NCBI GenBank assembly: GCA_000388065.2
Contig: KB932226.1
DNA length: 7,837 nucleotides
Reading direction: 5' to 3' (one strand)
Source of the DNA: Fonticula alba ATCC 38817
Taxonomy: Eukaryota > Protista > Nucleariida
Part shown: positions 1-6,652 of the stretch, piece after piece
How the letters are laid out: each line of letters starts with the position of its first letter
How positions within the stretch are numbered: position 1 is the stretch's first letter
Made by a program: the position numbers and the translations under genes
The notes under the pieces: model-generated
Told to the model about the DNA's origin: nothing
Database searches by the model: none
What the model saw: only the letters and a program-made list of their open reading frames with translations

Positions 1-398
1 GGGGCCGCCCGGCCGCAGCCACACCACCGGCGACCCGTCGGCCGGGAAGCCGAGCAGGTTCTCCGCCAGCCGGTCGGCCGGCGTGTCGGCCGGCAGCAGC
101 CCCAGCCCGCCGGCCGGGCCGGCCGCCAGCCAGGACTCGGCCACGCAGGCCAGCCCGCCGGCCCCGGGGTCCTGCAGGGCGCTCGGCACCGACAGCTCCG
201 TGGCCGCGTGCTCCCAGGCCGGCATGCACCGCTGGCCCACCCCGGCGACCGCCGTGTGGTCCGGCAGGCAGGCCTCCACGCAGGCCACCACCCCGGTCAC
301 CGGGTGGACTTGCAGCAGGCGCGGCTCCATGCACACGAGGCAGGCCCCGTCGGCCTGGCACACCCGGCACCCGGGCTCGGCGCAGGCGGCGCACGTGC
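1..398 (-). CDS. Gene A exon 2 (partial): furin-like Cys-rich unit, then start of a second Cys-poor module; absent from the ORF track
   Basis: My translation of the reverse complement: (G)TCAACAEPGCRVCQADGACLVCMEPRLLQVHPVTGVVACVEACLPDHTAVAGVGQRCMPAWEHAATELSVPSALQDPGAGGLACVAESWLAAGPAGGLGLLPADTPADRLAENLLGFPADGSPVVWLRPGGP. No stop; codons are nearly all G/C-ending. Confidence 0.85.
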
Positions 399-2195
399 CT
401 GCCAGGGCCCGGGCGCGGCGGCAGCAGTGGCGGAGGCGGTGGCCGGGGCAGCAGCAGCAACAGGAGGTAGCAGAGACAACAACAGCGGCGACAACAGCGG
501 CGACAACAGCAGCGACAACAGCGGCGACAACAGCAGCGACAACAGCCACAGCCTCAGCGACAGCCACAGCCACAGCAACAGCCACAGCCGCAGCGACAGC
601 CACAGCCACAGCAACAGCCACAGCCGCAGCGACAGCCACAGCAACAGCAACAGCCGCAGCCACAGCAACAGCCACAGCAGCAATAACAGCAACAGCCACA
701 GCAACAGCAACAGCCACAGTAACAGCAGCAATAACAGCAACAGCAGCACAGCAGAGATCGGGCGTTAGTTACACGGCACAGCGGCCCAACAGACAGGGCC
801 AGGCCCGGCACAGGCCGACCGAAGGAACCACCCACGCACCGGGGCCAGCGGCGTCAACGAAAAAGTGCCCATCCGCACAGCCGGCGCACAGCGACCCGGC
901 CAGGGCCAAGGGCGACAGGGCACGGCCCGGGGCACAACGGAAGCCGGCCGGCTGGCGCTCGGCCCCGGCCTCCACGGCCGCCGGGTCATCGCACTCGATG
1001 GTGCCATCGACCCCGGCGCAGTGGAAGTCCCCCGCCGACAGGTACGCATGGCCGTCGGCCAGGACCCAGCGCGGCGCGCCGCCGGGCCCGACGCGCAGCC
1101 GCACCATGCGCATGCCCTCCAGGCTGGGCCCCGGCGGCAGGATGAGCGCCTGCCAGCCGGCCGCCTGGCCGTCGGGGCCGAGGGTCAGCCGCCAGGCCCG
1201 GCCGGCCGCCGGGTCCTGCCCGGCCGGCGGCAGGTACACCAGCCACGGGGTGACCTCCGGCTCCTCGAAGAGGGTCGGGTGGGGGAAGCGCCCGCCGCCG
1301 GGCGCCCCGGCCGGCAGGGCCACCTCGTAGGCGGCCCCGGCGCACTGGACCCCGCACGGGTCCACCCCGAGGCACACCTCGATCTGGCCGTCGGCCAGGA
1401 GGACGGCCCGCGAGCGCGGCCAGCCGGCCGCCAGCCGGGCCACCACCCCGTCCACCACCCGGCCCACGGCCAGGTGGCCCCCCGGCTCGAAGGGGCCGCC
1501 CCAGGGCGCGTAGCAGGTCATGAGGTTCCGCCCGGACAGGATGGCGAAGGAGTCCTCGCCGGCCGGCAGGACCTTCACCTTGGCCCCGAAGCTGAAGACC
1601 CCGGTGCGGTGCTCGGCATACCCGCCATCCTGGAAGACCCCCAGGACCATCTGGCCGACCTTGTCAATGAACAGCACCCGCGCCCGGGCCGGGCCGGGCC
1701 GACAATCGTCGCGCCCAGGATGTCGGTGATCTCCACGGCCTCGCGCACGTCCCACGCCCCGGGCCCGGTCAGGAAGGCCAGCCGGTTGGTGCCGAAGCCG
1801 ACGAGCCGCGGCCCGCCGGGCCCGGGCCATGCGGCCGCCCGGAAGTTGGCCACCCCGCTCGGGGCCGCCGGCAGGATGGCCTCCGGGTCCGGCCCGAAGA
1901 CCGACCCGACGCGCGCATCGTCGAAGCCCACGAAGTCCGCGGCCGACTGGCCGAAGAGCAGGGCCCGGTGCTCGGCGTCCGCGGTCGACCGCACGGCCGC
2001 CTGCCCGGCGAAGAGGGACAGCACGCGCCCGGCCCCGGCCGGGTCGCCGGCCGCATCCACCGGCAGGAGCGTCCGGTGCAGCAGGACCGCCGGGCCGACC
2101 GGCGCCGCGCGGGCGCCGCCGCCGCCAAACAGCAGCAGGATCCCCAGCAGGAGGACCCCAAGGGGCGGGAGGACCCAGCCCCGACGTCGAGACAT
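1..2195 (-). CDS. Gene A: secreted/surface Cys-rich (furin-like repeat) protein, 3'-partial; exons 2195..840 and 398..<1; one frameshift at ~1683-1700; ~585 aa reconstructed
   Basis: ATG at 2195 gives the signal peptide MSRRRGWVLPPLGVLLLGILLLFGGGGARA|AP. The frame of ORF 1575..2321 is protein-like to ...ITDILGATIVGPAR, then the frame of ORF 769..2445 takes over (ARVLFIDKVGQMV...SLCAGCADGHFFVDAAGP). Splicing out 839..399 joins this in frame to G-TCAACAEPGCRVCQADGACLVCMEPRLLQ..., which stays open to the window edge. Confidence 0.8.
479..746 (+). repeat. Compound intronic tandem repeat: 5 x 12-bp ACAACAGCRGCG (479-538), then 6-bp CAGCNN units with higher-order periods
   Basis: Direct reading. 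Exact 36-bp duplication 555-590/591-626; CAGCAGCAATAACAGCAA recurs at 675-692 and 723-740 (48-bp spacing). Confidence 0.95.
764..771 (-). promoter_or_regulatory. Putative branch-point motif TAACTAAC (branch A at ~765)
   Basis: Matches the opisthokont CTAAC/TACTAAC-type branch consensus; an AT-rich word in GC-rich DNA inside the intron. Confidence 0.6.
840..1683 (-). CDS. Gene A exon 1, segment after the frameshift
   Basis: C-terminal part of ORF 769..2445. It aligns with gene B (WQALILPP/WERAILPP, RLR, WVL, FHC/FYC, CDD/CDS, PAGFRCAPG/PRGWTCSPG, SPL, SLCAGCADG/SLRAGRADG) and ends at the donor CCG|GTGCGT. Confidence 0.8.
1686..1700 (+). repeat. (GGGCC)3 at the gene A frameshift
   Basis: GGGCCGGGCCGGGCC; deleting one unit, or adding one C to the adjacent CCC at 1683-1685, restores the frame. 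Confidence 0.85.
1686..2195 (-). CDS. Gene A exon 1, segment before the frameshift (signal peptide and start of the first Cys-poor module)
   Basis: Internal ATG of ORF 1575..2321; hydrophobic h-region LPPLGVLLLGILLLF followed by a small-residue cleavage site (ARA). Confidence 0.8.
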
Positions 2196-2232
2196 GTGCG
2201 CTGGTGCAGCCGCTCGGGGGCGAGAGGAGGCA

Positions 2233-2244
2233 GGGGGGGGGGGG
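2233..2244 (+). repeat. G12 homopolymer
   Basis: Direct reading. Confidence 0.9.
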
Positions 2245-2252
2245 TGCCAGAA

Positions 2253-2254
<2 letters not shown>

Positions 2255-2288
<34 letters not shown>
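2255..2288 (+). repeat. (GA)17 microsatellite, reading (TC)17 on the gene A sense strand 60-93 nt upstream of its ATG
   Basis: Direct reading. Confidence 0.95.
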
Positions 2289-2291
<3 letters not shown>

Positions 2292-2550
2292 GGGGGCGGG
2301 GCGGGTAGGAGGAAAGGGCAAAGCTACCGAGGCGGCGCGGGCGGCACGCTCGGGGGATGGGGCTCCTGGCGCGACCGGCGCCCCTGCGGGGCCGGCATGG
2401 CCACTGTTTTCTTCCCTCCCCCGCCCCTCGGCCTCGCTGCCTCACTGCCCCTCATCGGTGGCACCGGGCCCGGCGTGCCGCGCCTCCCCCCGGCCGGCGC
2501 GCCGCCAGCACCCCAACACCGGAGGGGCCGCGCGCCGGGGGCCGAACTGC

Positions 2551-2572
2551 CACACACATGCACATACACACA
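2551..2572 (+). repeat. Imperfect (CA)n tract
   Basis: CACACACATGCACATACACACA. Confidence 0.7.
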
Positions 2573-2859
2573 GACAGGGGCTGGCGGGCGGGGCACGCTC
2601 GCCCGCCCCCTTTATTATGACAATACCTCTCCCCGGCCGGGCCGAGGCGCGAATGCGGGCCGCACCGGACCCGGCCGAGCACGCCATTCCCCCGCCCCGC
2701 CGCACGAGGCCGCCCACCAGGCGACCCCCTCCTCTGACACATCCCCGGCGGCCGAATCCCGGCGAGGGCACGCGCCTGCCGGCCGCGCGCATATGATGAG
2801 CCGGCGCGCGGAGGACGCCCCGGGGCGCATCCGCCCGCCCGCGAGCACACACGCGCCGC

Positions 2860-2865
<6 letters not shown>

Positions 2866-2913
<48 letters not shown>
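2866..2913 (+). repeat. (CA)24 microsatellite flanked by GCGCGC on both sides
   Basis: Direct reading. Confidence 0.95.
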
Positions 2914-2916
<3 letters not shown>

Positions 2917-3425
2917 GCGCGCCCCGCACGCGGCCATCATGAAACATACCAGCAGCCCCCGGGTCCCGGCGCGCCCCCATCATGGTTGGGCCTGATCGCG
3001 GGCATGTCCTCGACGCAATGTGCCAACGGAGCACCCGGTCCCGGGGCCGGGCATTCCGGAATGGCCCCTGCGCCTGGCACGGCCGCGACAAGGCACCAAA
3101 ACATCCCCGGTCGGACAAGCGGCGGCGGCGGGCGAACAGCCGGCCCCGCACCCCTGGCCGTTTGTTGTGACATCCCGGCCGGCTGGCCGGTGCCCAGGGC
3201 CACGGATCGGCCCGCATGGACCGGGCCTCGGCCCGAGCACCACGCGCAAAGCATCGCACCGCCCCGTGCTGCCGGAGCTGGACCACCAGCACCTCGGGCC
3301 GCCCGGGGCCTTGCCGCGAAGGTATTAATTAAGGGTTGTGTCCTTAACCAGGACGCGGGATGGGTTACATGTTGGCCTGGCCGGACATTTCGGCGCGGAC
3401 GCCAGACAGTCGTGCATACCCAGCC

Positions 3426-3436
3426 AAAAAAAAAAA
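3426..3436 (+). repeat. A11 homopolymer (possible nucleosome-disfavouring promoter element)
   Basis: Direct reading; the function is inferred. Confidence 0.85.
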
Positions 3437-4998
3437 GGGGTCGTGTCCCGGCTGGCGAGCATCGGCCGGGGCACCCGGGCGCGCCTGCAAAAGAACCACC
3501 CCGCCCGGCGTACCGGCTTTCCCACGGCGGCGCCGGCCCCTCCTGCTGAGAGCCCCCGGGGGGGATCGCGGTCTGATGCCGACACACCGAGATCGCGGTC
3601 CGCGGCGCCCTGCGCGTCCCTCTGCTCGGACCCGGGCCCGGGCCCGCCCGGCCGGGGAGCACAGCCCGCACACCCCGGCGACACAAGGACCCCATGCCCC
3701 CAGAGGCAAGGGGCCCCCCACGCCTAGCCGCCTGCCTGAGGAAAAGGCCCCCCTCGCCCGCTCCCCCCACCCTCCTCTCCCGGCCAGCCTCGCTTCGGCC
3801 ATGGGGCCCCCTGCCGCCCGGCTGCCGGGGCTGCTGCTGCTGCTGCCGGGGCTGCTGGCGGCCAGCGAGCCGGAGGTCTTCCTGCACGCGGCTCCCGGCC
3901 TGACCCCGACCTCCGAGGGGACGCTGACCTTGAGCACGTCGCCCGGCCAGACCCCCACCGCCAGCGTCCACACCCCGGCCGGCCAAGCGGCGCACCGCTT
4001 CCTCCAGACCCATGCCATGGCCTCGGTCGTGGATTACCGCCGGGGGGACACACTTCAGCCAGGACCGGCACAGCAATGGAATCTGCCCCCGGCAGCCAAG
4101 GTGCTGATGCTCCCGCGCCCGGGCCTCAGCGTGCCGGACATATCCTGCTCCACACCCGCCAGTGGGCGGCCTTCTTCGACATGGCCCGCGAGGAGCCGCT
4201 CCCCGGGCCGGCCGCCACCCTGCTGGCCGGCAGCTCCACCCTCGCCGGCCTGGTGCATATCCCCGGGCCGACGTCGGCCTGCCGCCGCTGCCGGACCCGG
4301 TACTTCCTGGCAGCCGGCCGGACCCTCTACCACATCATGCATCCGGAGCTCGCGCCGGCCACATCCACGGAGCCGCTCCTCCCGGCGGCGATCACCCATC
4401 TGGCGGTCACGCGCCTGGCCGGGCAAATGAACCTCTGCCCCGGGCCGGCGGATGTGCTTCTCCTCCTGGCCCTGACAACGCCCTCAACATGTGGTCCTGC
4501 CATACCGGCGGCGGGGCCGGCAACTTTTCCCTGGCCGGCCGTCTGCCGGCCGGGCTGCCGGCCTCCCGGCCGCGCCCGCCCACTCCCCCGGCCACGGCCT
4601 TCGGCACCCACGTCGGCACCTACCCCTATCTGATGCTGCAGGACACCGGGGCCTCCGGCCCGGGCACCGCCCTCTGGCGAGCGGCCATCGCCCGAGATGC
4701 GCCGGTCGTGTGGGAGCGTGCCATCCTGCCGCCGCCGGCCTGCAGCTGGCCCGGCTCCGCCTCACTCCCTCGCCGGCCGGCGAGTGGGTCCTGACCGCCG
4801 GCCGGCTGGTTCTCCTGGCCCCCGACCCGTTCTACTGCCACGGCGACACCACCGTCGCCTGTGACAGCCGGGCGGCCGGCCTCGCCGGGGCCCCGCGCGG
4901 CTGGACCTGCAGCCCCGGGCACATCGAGTCGCCCCTCATCGCGCGGGCCAGCCTCCGCGCCGGGCGCGCCGATGGCTTCTACCTGGACCGCGACTCCG

Positions 4999-5152
4999 GT
5001 ACGCACCCCCCCCCCGCATGAAGAGCCGTATCCGCCCGCCCGGCCCCACCTGACGCCTTGCCCGCCCGCCCGCCCGCCGTCGCCCTGGATGTCGGGTGCG
5101 CTGGCCGATGCGGTCGCTGCCCCGACCGCGGCCTGGCCCTGCCCCTGCCCAG
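4999..5152 (+). other. Spliceosomal intron of gene B (154 nt, phase 1, GTACGC...CAG)
   Basis: Donor TCCG|GTACGC at 4999 and acceptor CCCTGCCCAG|GT at 5152 join ...GFYLDRDS-G-APPCTDPDHRCKPC in frame. It removes the TGA ending ORF 4491..5021 and sits at the same aligned position and phase as the gene A intron. Candidate branch CTGAC at 5050-5054. Confidence 0.85.
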
Positions 5153-5507
5153 GTGCTCCCCCCTGCACCGACCCGGACCACAGATGCAAGCCGTGCGGCC
5201 AGGCACATTGCCGCATCTGCAACCGGAGCAACTGCCTCCTGTGCCAGGAGCCGTTCCTGCTGCAGCCCAGCGGCCCGCGTGGCAGCACCCTCTGCGTGGC
5301 CAGCTGCTCGGCCGGCTTCGCCCAGCTGGCCGGCGCCTGCGTGCCGGTGTCCGTGCGCGCGGCGGTCGCCTCTCTCGCGCCCCCCCTGGCGGAGCTCCTG
5401 CCCGGCCTGGGCCCCGGGGTGTCGGCCACCGGCATCGGGGCCACCCGGCTGGCACTGGACCCGGCCACCCACCGGCCGGTCATCTCGATGGACTCGGCCG
5501 CCGACTG

Positions 5508-5521
5508 CCCCCCCCCCCCCC
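5508..5521 (+). repeat. C14 homopolymer inside gene B coding sequence, at a frameshift
   Basis: Direct reading; C12 or C15 would be in frame (...SAADCPPP(P)AGLLLFTSTGEVLSM). Confidence 0.9.
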
Positions 5522-6652
5522 GGCCGGCCTGCTGCTGTTCACCTCCACCGGCGAGGTCCTGTCCATGCCGGATGCCGACATCGGGAACCCGAGCAAGGCG
5601 GCCCCCCGGCCGACGCAGCTCCTGCCCCCGGGCGAGGGCATGGAGCTGGCGCCGATCGCGAGCTACGCCGAGGCCGGGCCCCTCCGGCTGGCCGACCACC
5701 TGGCCATCGGGGCGGCCCTGGTGGCCGGGGACCATGGGATGCGCCAGGCCTGGCTGACCTGCCCATCGTCCACCGGCCAGCCATGCACCGTCGCCCAGTC
5801 GCCCCCGTGGAATCCCCTGCACTCGAATGACACCCTCCCGGTGGAGCCCCTGACAAACCGGTGGATCTACCTGCAGTCCTGGAACGGCAAGTCGGCCATC
5901 CTGCAGGCCGCCCTGCCCGGGGCCGAGGAAAGCCGGTCCCACCTGCCGGGCGAGCCCGGCGCCTGGCTGGTGGTCGGTAACTGCCCCGCCCGGGTGTCGG
6001 CCTACCCATGGGAGGTGTCCTCCCGGGCCGACAGCCGGCAGATGGAGCTGCTGGGGCGCCTCCTGCCGGATGGGCCCCCGACCGGCGAGTGCCTCGCGCC
6101 GGTGCTCCTGCCGCGCGGCGGCCACCTGCCCCCGGGGCTGGTCTTCCTCCCGGACATGGAGCACAAGTGGCAGGCCCTCCACACGCCGGGGAGACATGCT
6201 GCCGGCCGGCCGGCCGGTCGCGCGGGCTCCCGCCCAGGCGCCAGACCCTCGGCCACTTCCTGGCCGCCGCTGCCCGGCCACCGGGCGGCAGGCCCAATCG
6301 CCGGGCCCAGGCCGTCACGCTCCATGGGAACCCGGTGTACCCGAGCGCGCCGGTCCTGCTGACCCGGGCCTTTGTCGGGGTGTCGCTCCTCCGGTGCTCG
6401 GGCGGCGAGGCCAAGCCGGAAGTCCCGTGCAGCCTGCTGGATGCCTCCTTCTTCGACCTGCACCATGCCGGCCTCCAAAGCGGCAATGGCCTCTGGGCGC
6501 CGGCCATCGCCCGGGCCCCGGGCCCCAGCGCGCCGGGCACCCCCTCGCAGTCGGGGATCCCGCCGCTGGCGCTGCTCGTGTTTGCCCCGAGCGTCGGCCC
6601 GCAGACCCTCGTCCTGGCGGCGGACCGCCCAACGGGCACCTTCGGGCCCGAG

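Larger units (their letters stand above)
399..839 (-). other. Spliceosomal intron of gene A (441 nt, phase 1, GTGCGT...CAG)
   Basis: Donor G|GTGCGT at 839, acceptor CTGGCAG|GC at 399. Removal restores the Cys pattern CAGC..DG..D..G-TCAAC. Branch-like TAACTAAC at 771-764. Confidence 0.85.
2196..3800. promoter_or_regulatory. Intergenic region between divergent genes (probable bidirectional promoter and 5' UTRs)
   Basis: Flanked by opposed signal-peptide ATGs (2195 minus, 3801 plus). No protein-like ORF; contains microsatellites and short AT-rich islands. Confidence 0.6.

Noticed and set aside
479-746. Possible CRISPR array
   Set aside because: Contiguous short tandem units with no unique spacers, in a eukaryotic intron, and no cas genes.
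297-835. Poly-Leu/Trp ORF (297..749) and metallothionein-like poly-Cys ORF (554..835)
   Set aside because: Alternative-frame translations of the same intronic 6/12-bp repeat; non-ATG starts and no independent coding signal.
83-1330. 415-aa plus-strand ORF with a mucin-like Thr/Ala repeat (and the 208..768 Ser/Asn/His ORF)
   Set aside because: Antisense to gene A. It starts at GTG, has no signal peptide, and its repeat is just the intronic microsatellite read on the other strand. The minus strand has clear signal, Cys and splice features.
865-2796. Long ORFs opposite or overlapping gene A (865..2796 +, 1968..2942 +, out-of-frame parts of 769..2445 -)
   Set aside because: Arg/Pro/Gly/Ala-rich shadow ORFs, expected when stops are rare in very GC-rich DNA; they run through microsatellites (ERERE, HTHTH, SLSLS).
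2324-3727. Small ORFs in the intergenic region, and the in-frame upstream extensions to 2321 and 3360
   Set aside because: No protein-like composition. The extensions would bury the signal peptides and cross (TC)17 or A11 tracts.
2196-3800. Transposable element or inverted-repeat remnant from the duplication
   Set aside because: I found no terminal inverted repeats, target-site duplications, transposase/RT ORF or long nucleotide-level symmetry by eye; a self dot-plot would be the decisive check.
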